In this document: in pieces, positions 37,566 to 50,769 of the stretch
How the letters are laid out: each line of letters begins with the position of its first letter
Position numbering within the stretch: position 1 is the first letter of the stretch
Source: Octopus sinensis
Lineage: Eukaryota
Length of the DNA: 64,000 nucleotides
Assembly: GCF_006345805.1 (NCBI RefSeq)
Contig: NC_043004.1
Coordinates: 33,790,001-33,854,000, forward strand
Direction of reading: 5' to 3'
Made by a program: the position numbers and the translations under genes
The notes under the pieces: model-generated
The model's database searches: none
Told to the model about the DNA's origin: nothing
What the model saw: only the letters and a program-made list of their open reading frames with translations

Positions 37566-39135
37566 AGAAATAGGCCGTGGATGCAGAGGATATGGGAAGA
37601 CTAGAGGAACGAAGATAGCATGCTCAATTGGATGCTCACGACAAGAGAATCAACATCCCAAAACTGAGGATTGTGGAGCATTGCTGTACTTGAGAAGATC
37701 TGCCCACCACAACAGAATTAACATCTAAAAACTGAGGTGCCATACAAAAAGCATTGGTACTGGTACCATGTATTAGGTTGTCAAGAAAGTTCTTGTGGTT
37801 TTTAACTTTCAAATTCAGATGTACATATCTCGGCTCAAACAAAATTTTATTAATTGAAATAAACACCATCAGAATCAACACACCTTTGCCAATGTGAAAC
37901 AAGTTTATTTATACCAGTAACGTAAAAATCCTGCGTTCTTGTGGTGACAAAGTCGTTGAAAGTGTGTTTGACACCGTCTTGGTTTTTGAAGCATTTCTCA
38001 CGCAGGAAGTTATCGAGATGCTTGAAAAAGTGGTAGTCGGTAGGCGAGAGGTCTGGTGAGTATGGCGGATGAGACAGAGTTTCGTAGCCCAATTCGTTCA
38101 ACTTCTGCAGGGTCAGTTGTGCAATCTGTCCCTGAGCATTGTCATGGAGAAGAAATGGCCATTTTCTATTGACCAATGCTGGCTATTGTTGTCGGAGTTT
38201 CTTATGCATTTCATCCATTTGCTGACAGTACTTCTCCGCCGTAATGGTTTCTCCTGGATCCAAAAAGCTGTGATGGATGAGACCAGTCACAGACCACCAA
38301 ACTTCACAAAGTACTGTGGAGCTTCTTCAGCATCCAACCACTAAGCTGAACATTGCTGGTTGTCGTTAAGAATCCACTTTTCATTGCAAGTCACAATTCG
38401 GTCGAGAAACAGCTCATTCTTGTTGTGTAATAGAAGGAAAGACGACATTTCAAAACAGCGTGGTTGTCACTCAGTTCATGCAGCACTCATTTCTCAAGAA
38501 TTTTTGTTTTTCCAATCTCTTTCAAGTGGTTGGAAATTGTCATATATGTTATGTCTAATTCAGAAGCAAGCTCTCGAACAGTTGTGCATGGATTGGCTTT
38601 GACAATGGCTCTTAGTTGATCGTTGTCAACATCCGATGGCCGACCACTACGCTTATCATTTTCAAGACTCTCGTCACCGCTATACATTCACTAGTGGTTC
38701 TTGGAACAAATGCATCATTGATATCGTGAGCTGTTTCTATAGCTTTCCAGCCTAGCTTGAACTGGAATAAGAAAATTGTGCAAATTTGCTTTTTGTCCAT
38801 GTTGTATTCAATGTTCCAGAAAAAGAAAATGGTCTAATTATTCAAAAAGAAAAAGAGTAACACGATTAAATAGAGCAAAAAACAGGCTTTAAAATGTTAT
38901 TTAAAGTCAAAGTAATTTAATGAAAATTAATTTGAAAATACATCATTTAAAACCTAAATTAAACATTCCGCAAGAACTTTCTTATCAACCTAATAAAAAG
39001 CACCCAATAAAGTGGTTGGCTTTAGGAAGGACAGGCAGCTGTAAAAATGAAGCCAAAGTAGACTATGCCCCTTGGCCTTGCCAGCTCCTGTTAAGCTGTC
39101 CAACCCATACCAGCATAGAAAACAGACATTAACTG
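37377..39135 (+). mobile_element. RTE LINE 3' fragment with family C tail, split by a mariner
   Basis: ESLEVVDNFCYLDYLIGSGG...LATKGLLL*VKGRLYGACV matches RTE RT C-terminal motifs (LEVVD.F.YLG, KGRLY.ACVR). The tail GGTACCATG[TA]AAAAGCACCC...TTAGGAAGG...CCAACCCATACCAGCATAGAAAAC..(GAT)n resumes after the mariner. Confidence 0.8.
37773..38993 (-). mobile_element. Near full-length mariner transposon (1221 bp, Hsmar1-like, D34D), non-functional
   Basis: TIRs TTAGGTTGTCAAGAAAGTTCTTGTGG and the reverse complement of CCGCAAGAACTTTCTTATCAACCTAA. TA at 37771-37772 and 38994-38995. Transposase pieces MDKKQICTIFLFQFKLG, GRPSDVDNDQLRAIV, IVTCNEKW (first catalytic D now N) and HDNA-x34-D in YSPDLSPTDY. 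Stops and frameshifts present. Confidence 0.96.
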
Positions 39136-39180
39136 ATGAAGATGATGATGATGATGATGATGATGAGGAGGAGGAGGAGG

Positions 39181-39233
<53 letters not shown>

Positions 39234-39544
39234 GATGAGGATGATGATCTATTCTGGTAATGTTACCAGGCCAGCATAGTTGGACCCTATGTTTGTCTTG
39301 CCAATGAATATTCCTGTGCTGGTTATGAACATGGCATTTGATGGGTCACTGGTAAGTAGTACTCATGGACTTGCTCCCCCTAATATCCTGCCAGTGACTT
39401 ATACTGATGATAACATAATGAATAAAATGATTGAACGTCGATCAGGGACACCTCTGTAATGTTGCGCTATGGTCAGCAGGAACAATGGTATTTTATGATA
39501 AATATATACTTTCGCATAGCCCCAGCCCATCCAAAGTACCTTGG

Positions 39545-39998
39545 ATTGCAGAACGATCTGCTGTGATTACCTTGGATCGTAGGGGGACCTGCTGTGCTTG
39601 AAGAGACCTATTGAGTCAAGTACATCAACATCAAAACAAATATCAAATGGAAATTGTAGTTGTGATACTTGTGCCGGTGGCACGTAAAACGCACCATCCG
39701 AACGTGGCCGATGTCAGCGCCGCCTTGACTGGCTTCTGTGCCGGTGACACATAAAAAGTACCAACCGATCGTGGACGTTGCCAGCCTCCCCTGGCACCTG
39801 TGCCGGTGGCACGTAAAAAGCACCCACTACACTCACAGAGTGGTAGGTGTTAGGAAGGGCATCCAGCTGTAGAAACACTGCCAGATCAGACTAGAGCTTG
39901 GTGGAGCCTCCTGGCTTCCCTGACCCTGGTCGAACCGTCCAACCCATGCTAGCACGGAAAACAGACGTTAAACGATGATGATGATGATGATGATGATT
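39545..39998 (+). mobile_element. Family C RTE 3' region with tandem GGTGGCACGTAAAA units and (GAT)n tail
   Basis: Homologous to 6007-6529. Confidence 0.8.
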
Positions 39999-40299
39999 AC
40001 TGTTAGCACTTCTTGACACCATTCCATGTGATTTTTGTAAAGTGTGTATAACATATTGTTAGAACAACAGTTGCTTTTTCATTTAGATACCTGCCAGATG
40101 CTAATTCTTTAGCACTGAGACTGAAGTGGGTCCTGTCCATCAAACAGGTAGACAGAAACTACTAAGGTTCCGTGCCAATTCACAATATATTTCAATTCAA
40201 TTCCGTGTGATTAGATTTGCAGCTTTTATAAATATTACTTCATTACATTGCAATTGATAAACCTTTCTGTCTGTCTGTCTCTCTTTCTATCTCTGGGTA

Positions 40300-40745
40300 T
40301 AGACAAGGCTGCTTGATTAAGAAATTTGGTTCACAACCACAAGGTTTCGGTGTCAGTCCCTCTTCATGGCACCTTGGGCAAGTATCTTCTTTTATAGCTC
40401 TAAGCTAACCACAGCGTTGTGAGTAGATTCAGTTGATGGAAACTGAAAAGAAGCCTCTAATGTGTGTGTGTATGTGTGTGTTTCTGTAGCCATGTCTTCA
40501 CATCATAGAGTAAAATCATAAATGTGCATCACCATCATACAAGCTGTGTTCCTTATTTTGCATTTTCCATGTAGACTTGTCTGGTCATGAGAAGTTATTA
40601 ATTTATTTGGAAACAAGTGAGAGTAAGTGATAGGAAGAGCATCCAGCTGCAGAAAATTTGCTTCAACAAATTGCATCAGACTCATACAAGCATGGAAAAA
40701 ATGCTGATGCTGATGATGATGATGATGTCGACAATTACAGTGATG
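40300..40745 (+). mobile_element. Family B SINE 5' half plus family D tail, same layout as 11695-12185
   Basis: CACCTTGGGCAAGT...GGAAACTGAAAAGAAGCC, (TG)n, then GGAAGAGCATCCAGCTGCAGAAAATTTGC...GCATGGAAAAA. Confidence 0.65.
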
Positions 40746-40781
40746 ATGACGAGGACAATGATAATACAGTTCTATATTTAA

Positions 40782-40975
40782 AAGATGAGGAATTATGTAC
40801 ATTATTTACATTATTTACATTTGATGGATAACATGGAAATATACCTAAGGAATGAGAATGCAGGTTCGAAATTTTCCCAAGATACCTGATGAAGGCTGGA
40901 GGGTATATCAGCTGAAGCATTGTGTTAACAACAAACAAGATGAGGACAAATATCAGTTAAATGTAAATAATGTAA
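40782..40975 (+). mobile_element. Penelope-like pLTR fragment with a degenerate minimal hammerhead
   Basis: GATAC-CTGATGA-A-GGCTG-gagggtatat-CAGCT-GAAGCATT-GTGTT at 40881-40926. Flanks AAAGATGAGGA and ACAAGATGAGGACAAA are locally repeated. Confidence 0.6.
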
Positions 40976-41155
40976 CTGATGATAATGATGATGATGACGA
41001 TGATGATGATTATTTTGCACATTACTTAATCATTGGTATATATTTTTATCTTATATTTAATTTTTTCTATAGTATGTAATTTTTTTTCTATATGGTATAA
41101 TTTAATTTTTTCATTGTTGAATTGATAAAAGGTGGGTTTTTTTTCTAATTTATAC

Positions 41156-41189
<34 letters not shown>

Positions 41190-42649
41190 TTATTAATAAT
41201 AGGGAGACAGTTACAACTATGGAATGTACATTGAAATTTGAATCTTTTCCTGGCACTTCTCTTCTTCCATTTGATGATTGAAACAAGAAAAAGAAATAAA
41301 AGAACAAAAAATATTAATTATCACAAATGAAAAACTCATGACCAAATAAAAACTCTGCTGCAGTAAGTAAAAATGTCTCAGTCTTAATAAATGTTGAGAT
41401 GCTAGAACTATGAACATGCGTCTCAAGCTTTGAAACGCTTTTAGAGAAACGACAAGTTATATATCTTGGACAATTTGATATAATCACTCAAGTACTTACT
41501 GAAAATTGTATTTTCCCCATCAACAAGTTATATATCCAAGACACTTTTAATACAATCAGCAAATCATTTATTAGGAATCATATTTATATTCATCTTTTTT
41601 TGAGTTTTCTGACATATAAAAACTGAAATTCTTCAGAAAAAATTATTTACGAAATATTTTCACAAAAATTATCGACAAAATCTCATTCAGACACTGTTCA
41701 ATTGTTTTCTACTATGTCAAGATATAAAAAAAAAAGGAAAAAAATTCTGATATTTTTTTATTCCTTTTTCCACACATAGTCACATCCGCACCAAACGTGC
41801 ACGTTTATGCTATTTATACTCATGTTCACACATAAACATGCGACCAACCAAACAATGGAAAACAAACACAAACAAATAAAATGTAATCTTTCCATTCTTT
41901 CTTGGTCAACGTTCTCAAGTATTAAACTTTGGTTAAGATACTTTGTTACAAACTCTTCAATCATTTCTTCCATAGCAATGAATCCTTCAACACTGTCACA
42001 ATTATATCAGGAGAATTGACATCTCTCAATAGTGTCTGGAACCACTTCAATATTGACAACTTTGGAATCTGTACAAATACTACCTTATAAATTTAGCAGT
42101 TTTTCTCAATTTAACATTGGCAGACTTCTTTAAGACGGGGATGGTGTAGCTGTAGAGGGTGGTCTGTAGTGTGACTATTTTTTTTTTCCTTAATCTTCCA
42201 TGTGTCTTTAAGACCACAAATTTTACTTTTAGTGATGGGGAATTCCAAGATATATCACAGCACAGAGGTAACCTTAAAGATTATAAGTCAGTTTAGGAAT
42301 GACCTCCATCACCTAGCTCGATTCATTCACAAAGAAAGTTCAACTTAACATACCAAACTTAGAAAAAAACACACATGCAAAAAAAAAAAAAAAACCAAAG
42401 AAATCTCATCAATTTTAAAGTGTTGCTGCAGCTGCTTGCAAAACTGATTAGTTCATACTCTGAGTTAGCTAATATTCAGAGTCAAATGTCTTGGCCACAG
42501 TCATAGTTTAAGCAGGGTTAGCACAACACGAACTACTAATTCATTTGTTGACCCTTTCTATGGCTGTAGCAATTTGTTACTTTTTGACAGGAATTTAAAT
42601 CTTAAAATAACCATTTCCTACTTGGAACTGTTGATGTTTCTCCTGCTTA

Positions 42650-42860
42650 AAATGGTGAGCTGGTAGAATCATTAACATGCCAGGCAAATTCTTAGCAGTA
42701 TTTCATCTGTCTTCACGTTCTGAGTTCAAATTCCACTGAAGTTGACTTTGCCTTTCATCCTTTCTGGGTCAATAAAATAAGTACCAGTTGTGTCCTGGGG
42801 TCGAGGTAATCGACTTACTTCCTTCCCCATAATTCCTGGCCTTGTGCCAAAATTTGAAGC
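42650..42860 (+). mobile_element. Family A SINE
   Basis: GGTGAGCTGGTAGAATCATTAAC...CTGAGTTCAAATTCCACTGAAGTTGACTTTGCCTTTCATCC. Confidence 0.8.
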
Positions 42861-43787
42861 TGATATTTCTCCTGCTTCTGACTTGTCCTTCTTTACAGCT
42901 AAATTAATTATTCTTTACTCAATTTTTAAAGATATCTTTTCACAGGCACACACACACACACACATGAAGACACACACATATAGGCACACAAACACATGCA
43001 CACACACACACACCCGTGTGTGTGTGTGTGTGAAGATGTATGCATGTATATATACAGACACATATACGTACACACACACACATATACCAATGCATCCAAA
43101 TTTCAATAAAAATCGTTGTTGTTGTTCAGTCCCAGGTCAGCCCCGAACCAGGAAAGCAATGATCAATGTTGTTTCAGCCAGTCTATCTAATTGTTTTTGT
43201 TTTTATATGTGGTTTTCTTTTCCTATAACAGAGTACCTAGGGTTACCTTATCCACTGTGACCTTCTTTTCTTAAGATGATTGGGTGTGATTTGAAATGGA
43301 TTTGACTATTTTAGCAGGTTTATAGATTGCACAGGAGCTCTCAGGAAACTATAGAGGACAGTAACTCCAAGTACAAAGTACCATTGAGTAGCATGTACTC
43401 TAGTTTGGGAGACGATAACCTCTCTACTTCAGATGTTAACATGTGCTCAGCCCATCTTGTCAAGGGGTTTATCACAAAAAGAGCCTCAAACCCTGGAAAA
43501 AAACAGGCTCCAAAAATGAACATTTGAAGGAGACTGACTCTGCAAGACACTTTACAGAAGGAAACTCTTGGGGACAGAAATAAAAGTGATCCAGAGTAGA
43601 AGTAGAAGTATTTAATTAATTCTTGTTGCAATTAACAATTTCTCTGGAGCCAGGTGGCCCCCATTTCATGCTGTAAAATCATTAGTCACAGGAAAGACAT
43701 CTAACAGTAGAAATTGTGCCAAAATATGGCTTGGACAAATAAGACATGGGATTCACAAACCACAGCACAAACAAGTGATTGAGGAAG

Positions 43788-43833
43788 ACAATGATGATGA
43801 TGATGACGATGATGATGATGATAATGATGATGG

Positions 43834-43865
<32 letters not shown>

Positions 43866-43908
43866 GCGGTGGTTTTGGTGGTGGTAGTGGTGGTGGTGGT
43901 GATGATGG

Positions 43909-43941
<33 letters not shown>

Positions 43942-43943
43942 CG
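43788..43943. repeat. (GAT)n/(GGT)n trinucleotide array
   Basis: Directly visible. Confidence 0.95.
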
Positions 43944-44883
43944 CCAATAATATATATCCACGTATAATGTGGTTCTGTACCAAATACATGGAGGTATAGA
44001 ATACCTTGAAACAACACTTCTGTGAGCTCTGTGGTAAGTCTGTTCAGTCAGGGTTTGGAGCTCTACAAGAACTGGTTACACTATATAGAATATACAGAAT
44101 GGAACAATTTTATGGTGTCATCCTATCAATAATAAATTTCGTTTTATTATATCCAGATTTACCATTGTCTTGTTTTAACAAATATTGAATAGAGAATTTT
44201 GTAAATCTAAATATGTTATCAATACTGTTATATAATACCCAGCTTTAAATGAAAAGCAATGCTAACTCACATGGGATTTCAGCAAAAATATAGGTATACT
44301 AAACAAAATTTTGTAAAATATTTTAATTTCTGCAGCTAATAAATATATCATATTTTATCTCCTACCTAATGTCTACAATTTATAATTAATAAAGTTGATT
44401 TTAGCTTTAAAAATAATAATATATTTTTTAAATGTCAATTTGCTTAAAATATAGCTATATTTTTTCGAATTTTTAATAGCCAATAAAAGTCAGTTTTACT
44501 TGAGAATATAGTCAATATTACAATTTTATTGATCAATAATATCTCATTTATATTTATATATTGTAATTGTTTATTGCTGTTTTCATTTTTAGAGATAAAC
44601 CTCATTCAATTTTTGCTGCTATCCTTACTTGCCCATTGATGTCGCATTCTATTCCTGTTACCATTCTCATTACCATTCCTGGTTTCTTTACCTTTGCTTC
44701 CAGGAATGTCCCATAATCACCATATTCTTTATTGGTTTATTATCAGTTTTATTATTTTACAAATGATGTTGAGAATGCAAAGTTTCAATTAAAAAGGCAT
44801 TCCAGGCATGACCATTCCACCTTTTTTTTTTTAAGCATTGTCTATCTAGGACTGCATTACCCAGCATTTTTTTTTCTTTTTTT

Positions 44884-45289
44884 TTCTTTTACTTGTTTCA
44901 GTCATTTGACTGTGGCCATGCTGGAGCACCACCTTTAGTCGAGCAAATCGACCCCGGGACTTATTCTTTGTAAGCCCAGTACTTATTCTATCGGTCTCTT
45001 TTTGCCGAACTGCTAAGTGACGGGGATGTAAACACACCAGCATCGGTTGTCAAGCAATGCTAGGGAGACAAACACAGACACACAAACACACACACATACA
45101 TATACATATATATATATACATATATACGACAGGCTTCTTTCAGTTTCTGTCTACCAAATCCACTCACAAGGCATTGGTCCGCCCGGGGCTATAGCAGAAG
45201 ACACTTGCCCAAGATGCCACGCAGTGGGACTGAACCCGGAACCATGTGGTTGGTTAGCAAGCTACTTACCACACAGCCACTCCTGCGCC
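44884..45289 (-). mobile_element. Family B (CORE-like) SINE, full length, about 405 bp
   Basis: Minus strand: head GGCGCAGGAGTGGCTGTGTGGTAAGTAGC, B box GGTTCAGTCCC, CORE-like CTTGGGCAAGTG, internal (TA)/(TG) and tail ending GACTGAAACAAGTAAAAGA. Confidence 0.92.
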
Positions 45290-45356
45290 TATATCTTTCT
45301 TTCTTTTTTTGTTTTTTTTTTCTTTCTTTGTCTCTCTCTGTCTGTCTTTCTGTCTC

Positions 45357-45387
<31 letters not shown>

Positions 45388-45451
45388 TTCTCTTGTTCTA
45401 CTCCATATCTGATCCTGTTTCCATTAATTCAGAAAATGATTACAAATTGAC

Positions 45452-45678
45452 TGACCCTTCAGCATTTAAACCAACCATTTCTGGCCCAAATGTTCTACGT
45501 GTTTTCAGTTCAAACCAGCCAGATGTGGCCTCTCACACCTACACAACAATGTCATTCTAAAAGTAAAGAAACACATTATTGAAATCTCAAAGCTACAAGA
45601 TAATGAAGGATTAATTCAAAACAATGGGAATAAATAAGGATTACATTGGACAGAGTAATCTGAATGCTAAAAGATTAA
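45452..45678. mobile_element. piggyBac-like MITE
   Basis: Ends TGAC|CCTTCAGCATT and AATGCTAAAAGA|TTAA, a degenerate TTAA-CCC TIR pattern. Confidence 0.55.
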
Positions 45679-46316
45679 ATTAATTTTATTACTTGAATTA
45701 TGGTATTTGGATCATAAATTAACATGAAATTTTGATGGAGGATTATAATTAAGATCGTTTTAAAAGAGGGAGTGTGTTTCACAGAAGCAGGCTTGTTTCA
45801 GACAGGTTAGTACAAAAATGGTAGAAGATGTAACAGAATCAGAAGATGTGACAGAAACAGTATTAAAGCATCTAAGTAACAGATTCTGGATATTCTCACC
45901 TGAAGAACACCATTGTCTCAGTGCTTCAATCTTTCTTCTTAGACTAAATACAAAACACTCTTTGACTTCTTTTGTTATTTTAGGTTAGGTGGTGAGATAA
46001 GCCATAACCTTGAGATAAAAAAAAAACAAAAAAAAAAAAATCAAAGTTGTTTTTAAGTCATTTCTTTACTATTTTCTCAGTTATTTGTTATTTATCTGAA
46101 TATTTATTTGTTTATCAGTTCCCCTACCAAGATGACACCTTTCTGCAAATCTGAGAAAAGAAAATAAAAACAACGAAAAGAAAAACAAGAAGTTTGATAA
46201 ATTACTAAAATGGTAAGCAGTCTTTTATTTTATAGAAGTTTTATACTTCAAATGACTTAATCTAATGACTTATCTTTACTCACATGAAAGTTCCAGAAAA
46301 TGATAACATATATAAA

Positions 46317-46322
46317 TTATTA

Positions 46323-46357
<35 letters not shown>

Positions 46358-46415
46358 TATTATTATTATCCTCATCATCATTGTCATCATTATTATCATC
46401 ATCATCATCATCATC

Positions 46416-46453
<38 letters not shown>

Positions 46454-46517
46454 TATCATTATTATTATATTATTATTATTATTATTTTCATCATCATCAT
46501 CATCATCACCATCATCA

Positions 46518-46589
<72 letters not shown>

Positions 46590-46599
46590 CCATCATCAC

Positions 46600-46635
<36 letters not shown>

Positions 46636-46735
46636 TATTATTATTATTATTATTATAATTATTATTATTATTATTATTAGTAGTAGTAGTAGTAGTAGTA
46701 GCAGTAGCAGTAGTATCATTATCATTAGTAGTAGT
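46317..46735. repeat. Compound (ATT)n/(ATC)n/(AGT)n trinucleotide array
   Basis: Directly visible. Confidence 0.97.
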
Positions 46736-47591
46736 ATTACTGGTTGCAGTAGTATTGATATTAATGTTATTTCCTTGAGTGTGCCCGCATTTATATAAAT
46801 AAATACATTGCGAGGTAGATTTAATTTTGACTAAGCTATAACAGAGTTATGTTCCCTAACTTTTAGAGCTCTCCAACAACGGTGATAATATTATCTGACA
46901 CATTTGCTATCATCCAATCAAAGGGCTAATATAATATTGTGTTACATCTGCCCTACTTTATGCTTCACAATAATCCAACAAATGGCATTTTATCTTTGAT
47001 AATTTCCAATACAATTCTACAAAATAGATATATGAAATATTAATATATTGTCAGAATAGTTAATGTGCGATTGAAGATTTTGTATTATTTCTTCATTTTA
47101 TCTATTCTTACAGTTTTTTTTTATCACACTTACTATTCTTACAGCTGTTTATAATTCACTTCTTACTTCATAATTTTTCTTATAGAATAATTCTCTCTTT
47201 TGTTCCATCTATTTACCATTCTCTCATCCTTTCATAATCAGTTCTCATTCTCTGTGTGGATGGAGGTATTATCTCTTTCTATATCTTTGTTTCTCTCTTG
47301 CACCAACTTCTTCCCTTTCACTCGCTTTCATTCATTATGGCATCTCACTCTATTTTCACACACTTTATCTCTCCTTGTTAACTCTTTCTCTCTTTCTCTT
47401 TACCATCTTCTCTCTTTCTACCCATAATCTCTCTCTCATTACAGTCTCTTTCTTTCTCATCATTATCTCTCTCTCCTTACCATTCTCTCTCACTATCAGT
47501 CTATCAGCATGTGTTTCCTTTCACTCTCTACATGTTTAAGAATTCTTATATCCTCTGTCTCTCTTTCACACACTCTCGCTCTCTCTTTCTG

Positions 47592-47593
<2 letters not shown>

Positions 47594-47645
<52 letters not shown>

Positions 47646-47851
47646 CATCTATCTATCTATCTACCCATCCATCCATCCATCCGTCTATCCATCCATCCAT
47701 CCATCCATCCACCCACCCATCCATCCATCCATCTATCTATCTATATATCTATCTATCTATCTATCTATCCATCCATCCATCCATCCATCCATCCATCCAT
47801 CCACCCACCCATCCATCCATCCATCCATCCATCCATCCATCCATCCATCCG

Positions 47852-47909
<58 letters not shown>

Positions 47910-47910
47910 C
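47594..47910. repeat. (ATCT)n/(ATCC)n tetranucleotide array
   Basis: Directly visible. Confidence 0.97.
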
Positions 47911-48749
47911 ATTTTTCTTTCTGTCTGCCTGCCTGCCTGTCTGCCTGCCTGTTTGTCTGACTGTTTCTCTCTCTCTCTCTCTCTCTCTCCATTACTGTCT
48001 CTATCTCTATCTCCAGCTTCCTCTCACACTTTAAGTATGTATGATTAGGTGCTTTAGTTTACTCACACATACACACATGCATGCACGCACACATATGTAC
48101 ACATGCACACAGACACACGCACACATGCATACACACATGCACACATACATACACACACACGCAAACACACACACTCACACAAGAATATTTTCTTTTAGTC
48201 TCTGTTTGGGAATACTTTATCTAAAACAGTTCTGTTTTTCTCAAACTCTCTTTGTGTGTGTGTGTATGTATGTGTGTGTGTGTGGAAGGTGTATGTGCAT
48301 GTGTGTATATCGCTGTGAGTGTATATATCACATTTGTATTTGTATGCATATATGTATATATATATATAAATGTGTGTGTGTATGTGCGTATGGGTATATA
48401 TGTACATGTGTATCTTTGTTATGTATGTGAGTGCCATATTCAATACTTCATACCTACATTTGCTGTAGAATTCCTATAGTGAGGTCTGTGGATTGAGTTG
48501 AAAGGAATGGCACATTTGTATGGCCTTAGAATCATCAGATAAATATGTAAATGGCTACTGTCTTGTTAGACCATGGACATCTGTCAGCTGAGTACATGAC
48601 TCACATCATATTTACTTACATCTAAATCTATCTGTCTATCTATCTATCTATCTATCTATCTATTTATCTCCCTGATTGTCTCTCTGACTATTGATATGTA
48701 TATATGTGTGTGTATGTATGTATGTATGTATGTATGTATGTATGTATGT

Positions 48750-49191
48750 CAGGTCACTTTCGAGTGCTACTGGTAACATTTAACCCAGTACAACCTGTTG
48801 CCTGGTCAGGTCGTCGGCGACTAAACCGGCAACCCCACCAAGCTTGCTTGAGGAGGGTGTTTATTGGACACCCTGCGGGATGAAAAACAAAATCTGTCAA
48901 AGGGCGGAGGAACTCTTGAGAGTCAACGGCCATCCAATAAACGTCTTAAGGATGTATCATGCGCGGGGACGTAGAAATAATCGGACTGAATATCCGATCG
49001 TGCGGTTAAACCATTGGGAGTGAAGGACTTCTAGCCTTTGTTAGGGCATCCTTCTAGAAGGTAACTCAGGTAACTGGGATAACTCTGACATAAAACCTGT
49101 GGCTCAGTGGTTACCAATGATGTTGACTTGTTCTTCTTTTCGGATTATGGCTACTGTTGCTTAATGAGTGGGATTGACTCTGTGCACAGCC
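48750..49191 (+). mobile_element. CpG-rich retroelement segment bounded by (TATG)n, resembling an RTE 5' UTR
   Basis: Sharp compositional change. GGCAACCCCACC...CTTCTAGAAGG..AACTC..ATAAAACC motifs recall RTE 5' UTRs (from memory, unverified). Directly upstream of the RTE zinc-finger tail. Confidence 0.45.
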
Positions 49192-49238
49192 TATGTATGT
49201 ATGTATGTATGTATGTATGTATGTATGTATGTATGTAT

Positions 49239-49556
49239 GAGTCATCTTCGTAGTCATAAAGCAAGACAGACGAGTGACAACCTGGCCACTGGTGGTGGTG
49301 TAACACACCATACTAATCATATCTGTCAGGCATGTGGAAGAGAGTGTAATTTGGCAGGAGGACTTAAACGACATGCAAAGGTACATGAAGCCCAGTTACA
49401 ACTACAGCTGGCTATTACCAGTAAAGGTTTTAGTTGCCAATTCTGTACAAGACATTATAGATCTTTAGCTGGGCTAAAAAATGACATTTGATCACAGCAC
49501 CAATAACAGTGAAGCTTTGTGCAATGGCCATACTCGATAACGAGAGGGCAGCCCTC
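49239..49556 (+). mobile_element. Second, more 5'-truncated copy of the RTE zinc-finger 3' end
   Basis: SHLRSHKARQTSDNLATGGGVTHHTNHICQACGRECNLAGGLKRHAKVH...CQFCTRHYRSLAGLKNDI. 3' end GCAATGGCCATACTCGATAACGAGAGGGCAGCCCTC plus (ATGT)n, as in 17298-17840. Confidence 0.85.
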
Positions 49557-49602
49557 ATGTATTTATGTATGTATGTATGTATGTATGTATCTATGTATCT
49601 AT

Positions 49603-49648
<46 letters not shown>

Positions 49649-49974
49649 GTTAGACTGTTACACTCACGATTGCTAGATTATGGGTTCTCTGATTGGGTAG
49701 TGCATTGTGTTCTTGAGCAAAGTGCTCCATTTCACATTGCTCCAGTCCTCCTTCAATCAGTTGACCTGCTTACCTACCCAGCAGGGTGGCGTTATTTGAA
49801 AGCTAATACAATGCAAAAGAGCATTGTGACCAGCAATGTGTAACATCATCTGATAACCTAGTCAGTCACATGATATATAAGATACACCCTCCCCACATAT
49901 ATATTTATATGTATATACATACATATACAAACACACATACACACAGATATATACGAACACATATATATTTATTA

Positions 49975-50620
49975 TTCTTAAACAAGGATATCATTGATAG
50001 GGACTCCAAAGTTTCGGCCATTCAAGCTATCATCAGATAGCGATGCATTGAAGTTAATCTTGGTTTTATATAGTCACTGATGAGTTAAAATCTTCTTTGG
50101 GTCTGTGGGACTGGGTGGAGGGGTAATCAGGTTGCAGGGTGAGTTGTGATGGAGAGATGTTTAAGAGAAATTTCTTTTGGTTAAATTTGGGGTTTAGAAT
50201 TTATTAATGCATGTAGAAATTTGTAACCAAGTGCGCATATTAAGACGTGTCTGTTTTCTAGGCAGGTACTAGATGGAGCAGTAGCTTAAGTTCTTTTTAT
50301 TAATTGGGAAAATCAAAATTTTTGTTGTGGAATTTTTTAGAGGTTCACAAAAAATGTGTGTAGTTGATATACTTTAGCTGGTCAGTTTCTTTACAATCTT
50401 GCTGTTGTTATTTAAGGCATTTTCTGTTTTCATTATGGTGTTGTTACTACAGAAAATTCTTCATCTTGTTCTTTGAAGTTCACAAAAGGATTTGGGTTAT
50501 TGAAAAGGTTGTTGGTCTTCATGTTTCTCTTGAGTTGTTCATTATTCTATAAGTGATTTGAAAAGTATATCTAGATTTCAACCTTCATGTTTTATGGAAG
50601 CAGAGTTTGTGGGCTGTGGT
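49975..50620 (-). mobile_element. Probable Penelope-like 3' fragment, degenerate
   Basis: A/C-rich, coding-like minus strand with many stops. Ends in a CTGATGA...CCGAAAC...GTC hammerhead-like motif (50002-50036) and an AATAAATA tail. Protein homology is only weak. Confidence 0.4.
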
Positions 50621-50769
50621 TTTATACATAATTCTTCAATTCTGTTTCAAACATCAGTATTTTACAATATATTCTTTTAGGCCTTTGGACATATGTGAAG
50701 GTGGGGATTATACACACACACACACACACACACCACACACACACACACATATATGTATATATATATATA

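Noticed and set aside
41880-42200. Protein-like minus-strand stretch (MEEMIEEFVTKYLNQSLILENVDQERMER)
   Set aside because: No recognisable homology or consistent splice sites; may be a decayed LINE.
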